Positions 27,051-36,994 of a stretch of 64,000 bases of DNA are shown one piece after another (position 1 is the stretch's first letter; the number at the start of each line of letters is the position of its first letter). Both the position numbers and the translations under genes were made by a program. Location: IMG/VR virus record IMGVR_UViG_3300035698_018446, one strand, 5' to 3'. The stretch is from an uncultured virus (IMG/VR IMGVR_UViG_3300035698_018446) (taxonomy: Duplodnaviria > Heunggongvirae > Uroviricota > Caudoviricetes). The notes beneath the pieces are model-generated. The model worked only from the letters and a program-made list of their open reading frames with translations. It was not told where the DNA came from and made no database searches.

Positions 27051-28649
27051 ATGGCTAAGAAAATTGTGTTTGAGAATGAAGCGCGTGATGGTCTTATGGA
27101 GGGAGCGGCGATCCTATCTAAGGCTGTGGTCAAGACTTTGGGGCCAGCAGGTCGCACGGTTATGATACAAAGAATGAACAATATGCCCATGATCACAAAA
27201 GATGGCGTGACTGTGGCTCGCGACATAGAGCTTGAAGACGCTCTCTTGAATATGGGCGCCCGTCTTCTCAGGGAGTCTTCTCGCCAAACCGTCGAGTCTT
27301 CCGGGGATGGCACAACCACTTCCGCTCTCCTCGCGTGCAATCTCTTGGAGAATATGCATCGACAGATCAATGTGGGATTCTCTCCCATGCTCTTGAAGAA
27401 AGGTATGGACAATGCCGCCATGGAAGCGATCGCGTACATTCAGGGCAGCTTGTCTAAGTCAGTCGAAGGCATCGACGAGATTGAGAGGATCGCGACGATC
27501 TCAAGTAATGGGGACACACATCTCGGCAATCTTATCGCTACGGCGATTGAGACAGCCGGGACAGAGGGTGTGATCATGGTTGAAGAAGGGCAGAAGGTGA
27601 CGACAACCTTAGAGTTTGCTGAAGGCTATCAGATCGATAGAGGCTATCTCGATCAAAAGTTCTTGGGGCACCCTTCCCTGACAGGGGTAGATTGGGAAGA
27701 CGCCTTTGTACTGGTCGCTAATAAAAAGATGTCCTCAGCACATGAGAGCCTTCCTATCCTGCAATTCGTTCTTAATGCGGGCCGTCCTTTGATTGTCATA
27801 GCGCATGACTTTGAGGGAGATTTCTTGGCGTCATTGTATCAGAATGTCATGGGAAAAGTGATTGAGGCGATCCCCATTAAGGCCGCCTTCTTCTCTACAA
27901 AAAGAGAGGAGACTTTAAAGGACATCGCGATTTTGACAGGCGGTACGCTTGTTGATGATCTTGTGGGGAATACTTTCGCGGATTTGTCGCCAGAACAAAT
28001 CTTAGGCATCGCTCGAAAAGTGTCCGTGACGGCGACGCATACTACGATTCTGGAAGGCACTGCGGATGAGGAGACGCTTGTTTCTCGAATTGCACATGCT
28101 AAAAATATGGCGACGCATTGTGGATCAGAACATGATCGAGAGTTTCATCAGCAGCGCGCGTCGTTCCTTGGAGGCGGGGTAGCCGTGATCCGGGTAGGAG
28201 CGCAGACAGAGAGTGAACTCAAAGAGTATAAAGCACGCGTAGAGGATGCGCTCGCTGCGACGAGATCGGCGCTCAAGGGCGGTTATGTTTTGGGCGGCGG
28301 TGTGACCTATCTTCACGCAGCTCAACATGTGAAGACCATGCGAGCCATGAGGTCTTTCGCTACAGGAGAGGAAGACTTGGGATGGAAAATCGTCGAAGAA
28401 GCTCTGGAAGCCCCGTTTAAGCACATATTGCTGAACGCGGGCCTCAAGGCGGAGCGGCTTCTGGTAGAGCATGAGATTTACCATTCCACGGATTACAGCA
28501 AGGTTTATGATCTGAGGACTGAGAACTTCATCGATGGCTTTGAAGCGGGAATCTTGGATCCAACTCTAGTTGTTGTCTCCGCCATTCGTCACGCTGTTTC
28601 TGTGTCTACCACGATGGGTATGGTAGCCTGCGCTATTTACCACGCATAA
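27051..28649 (+). CDS. groEL: phage-encoded group I chaperonin (GroEL-like)
   Basis: MAKKIVF, TLGPAGRTV, ITKDGVTVA, GDGTTTS, GGVAVIRVGA, RVEDALAATR, GILDP; no GGM tail. Confidence 0.95.
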   Translation: MAKKIVFENEARDGLMEGAAILSKAVVKTLGPAGRTVMIQRMNNMPMITKDGVTVARDIELEDALLNMGARLLRESSRQTVESSGDGTTTSALLACNLLENMHRQINVGFSPMLLKKGMDNAAMEAIAYIQGSLSKSVEGIDEIERIATISSNGDTHLGNLIATAIETAGTEGVIMVEEGQKVTTTLEFAEGYQIDRGYLDQKFLGHPSLTGVDWEDAFVLVANKKMSSAHESLPILQFVLNAGRPLIVIAHDFEGDFLASLYQNVMGKVIEAIPIKAAFFSTKREETLKDIAILTGGTLVDDLVGNTFADLSPEQILGIARKVSVTATHTTILEGTADEETLVSRIAHAKNMATHCGSEHDREFHQQRASFLGGGVAVIRVGAQTESELKEYKARVEDALAATRSALKGGYVLGGGVTYLHAAQHVKTMRAMRSFATGEEDLGWKIVEEALEAPFKHILLNAGLKAERLLVEHEIYHSTDYSKVYDLRTENFIDGFEAGILDPTLVVVSAIRHAVSVSTTMGMVACAIYHA

Positions 28650-28699
28650 ACTTCTGGGAAGGGTCTTGCACCCTCCATTTCCTCTAAGAGGATCTGCTA

Positions 28700-29551
28700 A
28701 TGAATCCCATCTTTATCACACATGCGAACTGCAATGATGGCAAGTGGTCCGCAGTTATCGCATCTATGTTCTATGGCGAAGGCAATGTAGAGATTGTGTA
28801 CGCGGTCTATCACTCGAATCCCCCTGATGTGACGGGGAGAGATGTGGTGATTGCAGACTTTTCTTACTCCCGTGAAGTGCTTTTGGACATGCATGACAAA
28901 GCCAATACACTTATTGTCTTGGATCATCATGCAAGCTCAGCAGAGGATCTTGAGGGTTTAGACTTCTGCATCTTCGACATGAACCATTCCGGCGCAGTCC
29001 TGACATGGCTGCACTTTTATCCTGATCAAGAAGTGCCCAAGATCCTCCTCCATGTGCAAGACCATGATCTGTGGCGCTTTGAAATGCCCGACACGAAAGC
29101 GATTGTACAGGGTATGTGGCTCAATACTGATTTGAGCTTCGATGTGTCCGATCTCAAGAAAAGCGGGGGCGCTTCTAATCTCGATAAATATCGTGATGAC
29201 GGCACAATCTTGCTTCTGAAACAAGATATAGAGATCCCCAAGATTGCTAAAAAAGCGCATTCTATTCGGATTGGCGGCCATGTTGTGCCCGCCGTGAACT
29301 CGAACACATATATTTCTGAGCTGGGCAACGTTCTATCTGATAACACATTGTTCGCCGTAGTGTATCAGATAGTGGATGCGGATCATGTGTCTTTGAGTTT
29401 TAGGTCTAGATATGGTAGCCAAGAACAGGCGCTTGACGTGTCTAAGATCGCAGCTCAGTTTGGGGGCGGCGGTCACAAGGCGGCGGCGGGAGGGGTTACG
29501 AGTTTAGCAATCTTATTGCTCATGTGTAAATGGGCGGAGCGACTTGAGTGA
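28700..29551 (+). CDS. DHH/DHHA1-family phosphoesterase (NrnB-like)
   Basis: H-x-x-C-x-DG, ADFS, LDHH, QDHDLW, SFRS and GGGGHKAAAG motifs. Confidence 0.9.
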   Translation: MNPIFITHANCNDGKWSAVIASMFYGEGNVEIVYAVYHSNPPDVTGRDVVIADFSYSREVLLDMHDKANTLIVLDHHASSAEDLEGLDFCIFDMNHSGAVLTWLHFYPDQEVPKILLHVQDHDLWRFEMPDTKAIVQGMWLNTDLSFDVSDLKKSGGASNLDKYRDDGTILLLKQDIEIPKIAKKAHSIRIGGHVVPAVNSNTYISELGNVLSDNTLFAVVYQIVDADHVSLSFRSRYGSQEQALDVSKIAAQFGGGGHKAAAGGVTSLAILLLMCKWAERLE

Positions 29552-29988
29552 AAAAACCGATAAACGAGCTGATCACGAATTATAAATTCAAGGTAGCTCA
29601 CAATACTTATAGAAGAGATCAGATTCGAGATCTCCTGTTGGCGGAACCCTTCAAGTTCACGCCTACATCTCAATATCAATATTTATTGGAGAAGCTGATC
29701 TTTTCCACGCGTGTGATGCGTATTCACATTAGACGTGGTGAGCTAATCTTCGCTTTTCAATGGCCGTACACCGCGAGCGAAAAGTATCTTGATTACATGG
29801 TTTCCGCAGCAGTGATGTCAGGTCGCATCCTCTCCGCGATGGAGTTTATGTTGGAAAGCTCCGACATTACATCTGACACAGAAAAGGATGAAGACGGCGC
29901 GGAGGACTACATGTCTACCATGGATCCGAATGATGCGGACCTGATTGACGCCGATGATGACGAGGACGAAGATGACGCAGACGATTAA
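29548..29988 (+). CDS. hypothetical protein with acidic tail
   Basis: GTGA overlap with the upstream stop. Confidence 0.6.
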   Translation: MKKPINELITNYKFKVAHNTYRRDQIRDLLLAEPFKFTPTSQYQYLLEKLIFSTRVMRIHIRRGELIFAFQWPYTASEKYLDYMVSAAVMSGRILSAMEFMLESSDITSDTEKDEDGAEDYMSTMDPNDADLIDADDDEDEDDADD

Positions 29989-29998
29989 TGCAGCAGAC

Positions 29999-30169
29999 AT
30001 GAGCACGTTCATTTCTCTGCTCAACATGGCGTTTAAGGTGCTAGGGTACAAAATAGTTCCCCTTGAGGAAAGTCCTTCAAGTCCTCTTCCCTTGAAATCT
30101 ATCCCTCCGCCTGAACGGGTTAAAAAATCAAAAGGATTGAAGTCGGTCGCGGGCTTCGTCCGAAAATGA
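29999..30169 (+). CDS. hypothetical protein
   Basis: Short ORF filling the operon gap. Confidence 0.45.
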   Translation: MSTFISLLNMAFKVLGYKIVPLEESPSSPLPLKSIPPPERVKKSKGLKSVAGFVRK

Positions 30170-30183
30170 ATGGTTAAAAAGTT

Positions 30184-30693
30184 ATGCCTTCAGACGTGCT
30201 TTTGTTGAATGCCGACTATACTCCGATGCAAGCGATCACATGGAATCGAGCTATGGTTCTCTTGTTTCAAGATAAGGTTGACGTGGTGGCGCCTTCGCAG
30301 AGGTATGTACATTCTGCCACACAGGCTTGGTCTGTCCCTTCCATCATTGTACTTCGCAAGTACAAGCCCGGATACACGCGCGTGCCCATGTCGCGCGAAA
30401 GTATCTATGCAAGAGACGGACACATATGTCTTTACTGCGGCATCAGCGGCAAGACGAGAAATGTAGAGTTGACCTTGGATCATGTGTTGCCTAAGAGCCG
30501 GGGTGGACGTTCCACATGGGAAAATCTTGTGTCCGCCTGCTCCCCTTGCAATTTACACAAGGCGAATAGGACTCCTTTGGAGGCGAATATGTACCTCAAG
30601 CAAGAGCCTTTTAAGCCTGCAAGAAAAGATCTTGTTTTGTACTCTATACAGAAGAAACAAGTTCCTCCCGAGTGGTTGGACTTTTTTAAATGA
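30184..30693 (+). CDS. HNH endonuclease (McrA-like)
   Basis: LLLNADY, RDGHICLYCG, TLDHVLPKSRGG, WENLVSACSPCNLHK. Confidence 0.92.
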   Translation: MPSDVLLLNADYTPMQAITWNRAMVLLFQDKVDVVAPSQRYVHSATQAWSVPSIIVLRKYKPGYTRVPMSRESIYARDGHICLYCGISGKTRNVELTLDHVLPKSRGGRSTWENLVSACSPCNLHKANRTPLEANMYLKQEPFKPARKDLVLYSIQKKQVPPEWLDFFK

Positions 30694-30703
30694 GTATGAA
30701 ACC

Positions 30704-31249
30704 ATGTCCAAGCATCTTCTCATCTTAGAGCTTAAGCGCATCGCGCGCATACTCAGCAAAAGTGCAAACTTTCAGTACGATCAGGAGCCTTCATCTCCTG
30801 AGCAGTATGCTGTTTGGGATCGAAGACAGAATGAGATGAACTCTGTGGAGGTACCCAATGTCTCCAACATTAGTCAACCCCGCGAGCCTCACTATCAGGT
30901 TCAACTGTATGGGAAGACTTCCGCTCAGAGTGACCCTTCTTATTGGAAAAAAAATGAAGAAAACAATCAAGAAGATGAGGGGATGTGGATAGATGCGGGG
31001 GATGATTTTTCTGATGAGGACTTGGAAGAAGATTCGGGGGATCGGGAAGGCGCTCCCCGGCGCAGACCAAGCAAGCCCACGGCCTATCGTCAGTACCGCC
31101 AGTATTGGCGTCAGAATCGTCAGAAGTATCGAGAAAAGAAGCGTAACCAACGTAAACAATACCGCAGAAAAAAGAATCAGATTTCACGTCGTCGTAAGAT
31201 CCTGAAGAAAAGAACTCCGGGAAAAGTACGACCACCACAATCATTCTAA
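30704..31249 (+). CDS. protein with RIAR-type N-terminus, acidic middle and very basic C-terminus (possible DNA-binding internal virion protein)
   Basis: MSKHLLILELKRIARILSKSA...DDFSDEDLEED...KYREKKRNQRKQYRRKK. Confidence 0.6.
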   Translation: MSKHLLILELKRIARILSKSANFQYDQEPSSPEQYAVWDRRQNEMNSVEVPNVSNISQPREPHYQVQLYGKTSAQSDPSYWKKNEENNQEDEGMWIDAGDDFSDEDLEEDSGDREGAPRRRPSKPTAYRQYRQYWRQNRQKYREKKRNQRKQYRRKKNQISRRRKILKKRTPGKVRPPQSF

Positions 31250-31276
31250 AAATTCTCAAAGCGTCAAGGTGAGTAC

Positions 31277-32812
31277 ATGTCAGAACAAGATCCTTTTGAG
31301 GCTATTGGTCCCGCTGCCACCCCCCATAAGAAGCTGACCCTTACGGATCGGCTCAAGGGGGCGGTGCGGGCCACATCGGATTTTTTACAGCGGCCTGATG
31401 TTTCAAGGATTAGAGACATTTCCGCTGATATGTTTGAAATCTTGGCAGAGGTAGACTCCAAGAATCCTTTGAGTGTGGCCGCCGCAGGTGTACACTTAGT
31501 CACCTTAGCTTCGGATCACTTGAGCGAAGTGTCACCATGGACACCCCTTCAGATACGCTGGAATGAAGATGTGTCTCAGAAAGAGGGTGCAAGGATATGG
31601 TTAGATATGCATTTGGCATACCACTTCTTACCTCTGGTGCCAGCGGACCAAGTGCATGTCCATTTTGATCCGGGTTTTAAGAAGAAGAAGAAGATAGGCT
31701 CGAATTTGCCCGACACAGTAGAGCGCATCTATACCGTACATATCGCTGAGGGGGTTCAAGCTTTTTGGACGGCTAACAGCGTTGTGTTGTCGGATCCCAG
31801 AGAGCAGATTTTGGGTATCCCTACGATCACGGGATGGGATCAAGAGGAGAATCTTGTAGACAGCTATGATCTTATTCGTGATACTTTATGGGATCGTTAT
31901 GAGGCTCATATCGAGTTTTGGTGGGATGCCAAGAAAGAAGACATCCAATTCAAAACTCGTCAAGACCCCCCTTGGGGCTACAAGGGTGACAGAGGGCTGG
32001 AGCTGATCGAGGGATGGCGCAAGTTTTTAGATAAGGGTCTTAGAAGAGCCGTTGTGCTTCATGGTCTTCCCGGAAACGGGAAATCTACGCTCGCGCGCGA
32101 GGCCGCCAAGCGTCTTGGGAAGCGTACTCTGTATCTTCCACTGCAAACACTTGAGTCTATCCCGCTCAACATCCTCTCCCAAACAGTGGCTATCTTGAGC
32201 CCACAAGTGCTGATCGTGGATGATCTGGATCGCTTGGGATCTAGTCGTCTGGAACGCCTCCTCTTCTTATTTGAAGAAAACGGTTCTGATATGTCTGCGG
32301 TTCCCATGATCATTGCGACGACGAATTCCATTGAACGCCTACCGCCCGCTCTAAGGCGTCCGGGACGGTTTGATGAGGTGTGGCAGATAGATCCCCCAGA
32401 TGACGACATGATGCGGGATTTGGTGGCTTATCTGGCAATAGAGGAAGGCTTGGATCTTCCCGAAAATGATTTAGAAGCTATCATTCTCTTTTGTCAAGAG
32501 CGCACCTTGTCAGGAGCCCACGTTAGGGAGATCTTGCGGCGTGTCTTGGTTCATGGTTTGGTGGCTCTGGAGATCGATCCCACGGATCTCACCTTTTCAA
32601 GTCAATTCTTTCAAGACGAATCTTCTGACTATACAAAAAAGGGGTATCACGATTGTAATGAAGATTACGAAGACGAAGATGAGGACGAGGACGATTATGA
32701 GGACTACGCTGATGAAGAAGATTGCGCGTATTCACAAACGTCTGCTAGAGGGACTACCAACGACGCTAGATGTTACCCCTCACGGTCGTACAACCCTAGA
32801 AAGGGAAAGTAA
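31277..32812 (+). CDS. AAA+ ATPase (classical AAA clade)
   Basis: Walker A GLPGNGKS, Walker B LIVDDLD, second region of homology ATTN...ALRRPGRFD. Confidence 0.9.
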   Translation: MSEQDPFEAIGPAATPHKKLTLTDRLKGAVRATSDFLQRPDVSRIRDISADMFEILAEVDSKNPLSVAAAGVHLVTLASDHLSEVSPWTPLQIRWNEDVSQKEGARIWLDMHLAYHFLPLVPADQVHVHFDPGFKKKKKIGSNLPDTVERIYTVHIAEGVQAFWTANSVVLSDPREQILGIPTITGWDQEENLVDSYDLIRDTLWDRYEAHIEFWWDAKKEDIQFKTRQDPPWGYKGDRGLELIEGWRKFLDKGLRRAVVLHGLPGNGKSTLAREAAKRLGKRTLYLPLQTLESIPLNILSQTVAILSPQVLIVDDLDRLGSSRLERLLFLFEENGSDMSAVPMIIATTNSIERLPPALRRPGRFDEVWQIDPPDDDMMRDLVAYLAIEEGLDLPENDLEAIILFCQERTLSGAHVREILRRVLVHGLVALEIDPTDLTFSSQFFQDESSDYTKKGYHDCNEDYEDEDEDEDDYEDYADEEDCAYSQTSARGTTNDARCYPSRSYNPRKGK

Positions 32813-32817
32813 TAATT

Positions 32818-33108
32818 ATGCCTGATCCTAAATGTTATTGGTACTCACAAGGAAGGTGTACATTGGAATACCTTCCTTGCGAGTCCGTTCTTGAGATTCT
32901 TCATACTGTACCACAAGCCCGGACAGCCCTAACAGCTTGTACGGCTTTGTGCAGCGTGAACATTGTGAACTATGCTCTCTATGTCGATTATAGAGATAAG
33001 GTGAGTCTCATTCAAGACCCCTTAGAAATGACGGATGCTCGGCAGAAGCATACGAACAAGTATGTTGACAATCATCGCGTGTTGCCCGGCATGCGAGATC
33101 CCACATGA
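32818..33108 (+). CDS. hypothetical protein
   Basis: Operon-like spacing. Confidence 0.5.
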   Translation: MPDPKCYWYSQGRCTLEYLPCESVLEILHTVPQARTALTACTALCSVNIVNYALYVDYRDKVSLIQDPLEMTDARQKHTNKYVDNHRVLPGMRDPT

Positions 33109-33404
33109 AACAGAAGCCCAATAAAGGTGATTTGAGCTTACGGGGGGAGGTTCGTATTCTTACTCATCATATTGACAAATTGTTGGAAGATTCAAGTCAA
33201 TTTGAAGATCGCATAGCAAATCTTCAAAACGAATTCGTTGAATCACAGGAAGTTTTCAACACATCCACGGACATAATGATTAATGTTTTTCTTGATATGT
33301 TATATGAGAACAGGGGATCAGATGCGACAACACGAGATTCTTTGAAGCTGAAGTTTGAAGAACTTCAGAAGAAATGGATTTCAAATATTTATGGTGCTAA
33401 GTGA
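33105..33404 (+). CDS. hypothetical coiled-coil protein
   Basis: ATGA overlap; heptad-like pattern. Confidence 0.55.
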   Translation: MKQKPNKGDLSLRGEVRILTHHIDKLLEDSSQFEDRIANLQNEFVESQEVFNTSTDIMINVFLDMLYENRGSDATTRDSLKLKFEELQKKWISNIYGAK

Positions 33405-33839
33405 ATGTTGTATGGGCATGTTAAGTTTTACAATTCTATAAGGGGGTTTGGGATTATTGTGGGGGACGATGAGACCGATTACTTTGTGCATGTCTCCACC
33501 ATGGGAAATGCTCAAAATTTGTATCAGGGGGAGCGCGTTTCTTTTGTACCTGTCTTCGGGGCTAAGGGTATGCAAGCTCGTGAAATCGTGCGTCTGGATC
33601 CTAGCTCTATGGTCTTGCATGTTGGACGAGTTGTTCACTTGTGCGAGAACAAGGGTTACGGGTTCATTCATGTCGAAGGTCGCACCTATGACCTCTTTTT
33701 TCATCTCAATGACGTGTCCAATCCTTATAACCAAAACCTCACACCGGGACAGCCTATTGTATGTCAAGTACGGGAAGACCGTGATGGCCGCGATCGAGCT
33801 TACGCTGTGCAACTAGTACCCGAGGTTTCTCATGTCTGA
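33405..33839 (+). CDS. tandem cold-shock-domain protein
   Basis: Two CSDs: GHVKFYNSIRGFGII...YFVHVS and GRVVHLCENKGYGFI...LFFHLN. Confidence 0.9.
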   Translation: MLYGHVKFYNSIRGFGIIVGDDETDYFVHVSTMGNAQNLYQGERVSFVPVFGAKGMQAREIVRLDPSSMVLHVGRVVHLCENKGYGFIHVEGRTYDLFFHLNDVSNPYNQNLTPGQPIVCQVREDRDGRDRAYAVQLVPEVSHV

Positions 33840-34224
33840 TTCCCTTCATTACACACCCTTAGCTCTAAATGAAATGGACGCGTTGCACCGTATGGTGGAT
33901 GGTCAGGATCTTTATGTGGAGGTCGTAGGGTGGGGATACCACTCAGACCCCCAGATCATCGCGGGAGACAAGCGTGTTCAGATCCGCTTCCCAATGGAGT
34001 TGAGCAAGCCAGATATTCTTCAGGCTGTGTACCACTTCGATCTGTGTTTAAAGTTGCGCGACGGTACGATTCTCCGATCAGAAAAAATGGGTGTTCCGGG
34101 CGGTGTGATGTATGTTCAGGCTGGAATGATCTTCGATATGATTTGGGATATATCTATCGACTCAATAGATTCAAATCTCGTGCGCCATGTGCGTCCGGGC
34201 ATTCAGGGTAAGAAGTTACTGTGA
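33832..34224 (+). CDS. hypothetical protein
   Basis: SD GAGGT; overlaps the upstream stop. Confidence 0.65.
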   Translation: MSDSLHYTPLALNEMDALHRMVDGQDLYVEVVGWGYHSDPQIIAGDKRVQIRFPMELSKPDILQAVYHFDLCLKLRDGTILRSEKMGVPGGVMYVQAGMIFDMIWDISIDSIDSNLVRHVRPGIQGKKLL

Positions 34225-34439
34225 TGCGAAAACACTTACAGCAATCTCATTCCCATACTCAATCTTCCATTAGTAATTGGAAGAAAATACGGACATATGC
34301 AATAGCACACATGGAAAAACTTGATCTCACATCCGATTGGAGATATCTATACTTAAATACTCAAGGCAAAACTGATGAAGATATTTTGCGTAGATTGTCT
34401 TGGCTATCTGAGGTTGATGTGGTGAGGGATGTTAAATGA
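34221..34439 (+). CDS. hypothetical protein
   Basis: Overlapping start/stop. Confidence 0.45.
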   Translation: MMRKHLQQSHSHTQSSISNWKKIRTYAIAHMEKLDLTSDWRYLYLNTQGKTDEDILRRLSWLSEVDVVRDVK

Positions 34440-34654
34440 TGATGTACGTCTTCAGCTTGCAGGTCGCAGGCAACAAATATCCCGTTGCATGTTATGATTC
34501 TGAAGATGTTGCTAAGTCCGATCTCCTTAATCTGCAAAAGCATCTCAAGAGTTACGCGCTAGATTGTGATTCAATGTTAATTCTTGAACAATGGAGGATT
34601 AATTCGGTGCTAGATGGTTCCAATTGTGAGACTGTTGGTTCCTATCTTGTCTAA
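34436..34654 (+). CDS. hypothetical protein
   Basis: Overlapping start/stop; ends at the terminator. Confidence 0.5.
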   Translation: MMMYVFSLQVAGNKYPVACYDSEDVAKSDLLNLQKHLKSYALDCDSMLILEQWRINSVLDGSNCETVGSYLV

Positions 34655-34696
34655 ATAAAGAAGCCCTCTCGATTGTACGAGAGGGCTTCTTTATTT
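34653..34696. terminator. bidirectional intrinsic terminator
   Basis: AAATAAAGAAGCCCTCTCG-ATTGTA-CGAGAGGGCTTCTTTATTT between convergent genes. Confidence 0.9.
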
Positions 34697-34697
34697 A

Positions 34698-36983
34698 TCA
34701 ATCTACGGTCAGATCAAACAGCTTACTAAGCACCTCGCGCGCGTGAGAGACGTAGAATATTTCTAGGTCTTTCTTCACATTTTCCGGGACTTCATACATG
34801 TCTTTTTCACATGATGCAGGAAGATATATCGTCTTGATCCCAGCTCCGTGTGCAGCGATGACTTTCTCACGAACCCCCCCAACAGGGAGAATATCGCCTG
34901 TGATCGTGATCTCACCAGACATTGCGACCGTATTGGGCACGGGGATCTTGAGGATAGAAGATGCAATCGCCACCGTGATCGTGATGCCAGCCGAGGGGCC
35001 TTCTTTAGGGATTGCTCCAGCGGGAACATGAAGATGGATGTCCCTTCCCGTCCCCATGTACTCAGCAACCTTTAGCGCTTCAATCTGGCGACACACAGAC
35101 CAAGCGGCTTGTGCGGACTCCTTCATGACATCTCCAAGATTGCCCGTGATCTTGAGGTCGCCCTTACCCGGCATGGTGCAAACTTCAATTGGGAGGATGT
35201 CCCCTCCGAACGGAGTCCATGCCAAGCCCGTCACAACGCCCGCAGTAAGACGCGTTCTCGTTTTGCCAAAGTCGTACCGCTCAGGCCCCAAGATATCAAA
35301 CAAGTCCTTCTTGGTGATGGGCAAAACCTTCATTTCAGGCTTCAGAGCGATCTGCAAAGCGGCATGACGACAGATGTCTGCGATCCTCTTACCCACGGAT
35401 CGCACACCTGCCTCGCGCGTGTAGGCTGTGATCACATACTCGATTAGCCCCTTCTCCATATCTAGTTGCGCGTGCAGAATACCATGATCGAAGCAGCTCT
35501 TGAGGAGAAGATGCTTGCTAGCGATCTCAATTTTCTCATGAAGCGTGTAGGAAGGGATCTCAATGATCTCCATACGGTCTAGCAGAGGGGTGGGGATTGT
35601 GCTTAGATCATTCGCGGTGGTAATAAAAACGCACTTTGAGAGATCCAGAAGGACTTCCAAATAATGATCGGCAAATGTCGAATTCTGATCCGGGTCGAGG
35701 ATTTCAAGTAACGCCGCAGCGGGGTTTCCACGGGAGTCTCTTCCCATTTTATCGATCTCGTCTAGAAGGATAACGGGGTTGTTCACCTTCGACTTGATCA
35801 GGGCTTTGACGAAGCGTCCGGGCATCGCACCAACATATGTGCGGCGATGTCCACGCATTTCATTTTCATCCGATACACCACCAAGGCTAATACGCTCAAA
35901 CTTTCGATTCAACGCGCCTGCGATGCTCTTAGCGATGCTGCTCTTTCCTGTACCGGGCGGACCTACCAAGCAGAGGATAGGTGTGCTTAGATTCGGTTTC
36001 AGGAGGCATACGGCGAGGTATTCGAGGATGCGTCTTTTGGTCTTTTGCAATCCATGGTGGTGCATATCTAAAAGATCCCTAGCATCTTCCAAAGGTAGAG
36101 CCCCCCCTTCACTGGAGGTGTTCCAAGGCGTTTGCAGAAGCATATCCAGATAGGTGGTCGTCACATTGTACTCAGCCGACGAGCTTTGCATTGAGTGCAA
36201 CCTCTTCGCCTGAGCCTCAGCTACAACACGCACTTCGTCGGGAAGATTGGCAACGCGGATACGATCCCCGAAAGATTCATTCGCGTCTTCGTTGTCAGAT
36301 AGCTGCTCAGTCAGGGCTTTGATCTGCTGGCGAATGATCGCATCTTTTTGTAGGGCTCGTGTATTCTTTCTGACCGTGTTGGCCGCTTCGTCCTGTACCT
36401 CTTTACGCGTCTTTTGATCTTGCATATGCCTGATCACGGTGCGCGCATAGAATTCCAAAGAACCTGTTTTCAGGATTTCGTTGCGATCTTCGACAGTAAG
36501 GGTCCTGAGGTGGATGCTCATATAGCCCAAGACGAGTTTGATGTCCATGGGCACACCTTCTTCACTCTTACCCGGCACCGCCGACTCCTCATAGGTCTCA
36601 AGCTCCATCTTGAGGTCAAGAGGTGTTATTTCTCCCAAATCGTCCACGAAAGGATCTAGCTCGCATCTCACCATTAGAGGGTTAGGTGCGTTGTCAATCA
36701 CGTCCAGTATTTTCACTCGCTCTTGTGTCAGAACGACGATTTTGCATGTTGAAGCGGAAGACGTAGAGATCCTCATAATCTTGGCGGTGACTCCAAAATT
36801 AGAAGTTTCTTTTGTTTCTCTATTGTAAGAGGTTACGACAATTTCATGGTCCTCTCCATATCCTTTTTTTACAAGATATTGTATGAACGTGTCCATTTTG
36901 TTTATCTGTAACGTAATGGGGCGCGAGTTGTCGGGGAGAATTACATCTTCGGATCTAAGGACAGGTAGCAGTTTCGTGACCAA
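34698..36983 (-). CDS. lon: ATP-dependent Lon protease
   Basis: Walker A GPPGTGKS, GHRRTYVGAMPG, LLDEIDK, catalytic Ser in PKEGPSAG, catalytic Lys region GGVREK; AGGAGG SD before the TTG start. Confidence 0.95.
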   Translation of the reverse strand: MVTKLLPVLRSEDVILPDNSRPITLQINKMDTFIQYLVKKGYGEDHEIVVTSYNRETKETSNFGVTAKIMRISTSSASTCKIVVLTQERVKILDVIDNAPNPLMVRCELDPFVDDLGEITPLDLKMELETYEESAVPGKSEEGVPMDIKLVLGYMSIHLRTLTVEDRNEILKTGSLEFYARTVIRHMQDQKTRKEVQDEAANTVRKNTRALQKDAIIRQQIKALTEQLSDNEDANESFGDRIRVANLPDEVRVVAEAQAKRLHSMQSSSAEYNVTTTYLDMLLQTPWNTSSEGGALPLEDARDLLDMHHHGLQKTKRRILEYLAVCLLKPNLSTPILCLVGPPGTGKSSIAKSIAGALNRKFERISLGGVSDENEMRGHRRTYVGAMPGRFVKALIKSKVNNPVILLDEIDKMGRDSRGNPAAALLEILDPDQNSTFADHYLEVLLDLSKCVFITTANDLSTIPTPLLDRMEIIEIPSYTLHEKIEIASKHLLLKSCFDHGILHAQLDMEKGLIEYVITAYTREAGVRSVGKRIADICRHAALQIALKPEMKVLPITKKDLFDILGPERYDFGKTRTRLTAGVVTGLAWTPFGGDILPIEVCTMPGKGDLKITGNLGDVMKESAQAAWSVCRQIEALKVAEYMGTGRDIHLHVPAGAIPKEGPSAGITITVAIASSILKIPVPNTVAMSGEITITGDILPVGGVREKVIAAHGAGIKTIYLPASCEKDMYEVPENVKKDLEIFYVSHAREVLSKLFDLTVD

Positions 36984-36994
36984 GGGTGCCTCCT

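Noticed and set aside
30184..30693. HNH gene as an intron-encoded or mobile homing endonuclease
   Set aside because: The flanking ORFs do not look like halves of one gene, and it resembles stand-alone McrA-like HNH proteins.
30482..30703. N-terminal extension of ORF 30482-31249
   Set aside because: It overlaps the HNH gene in another frame; the ATG at 30704 is more plausible.
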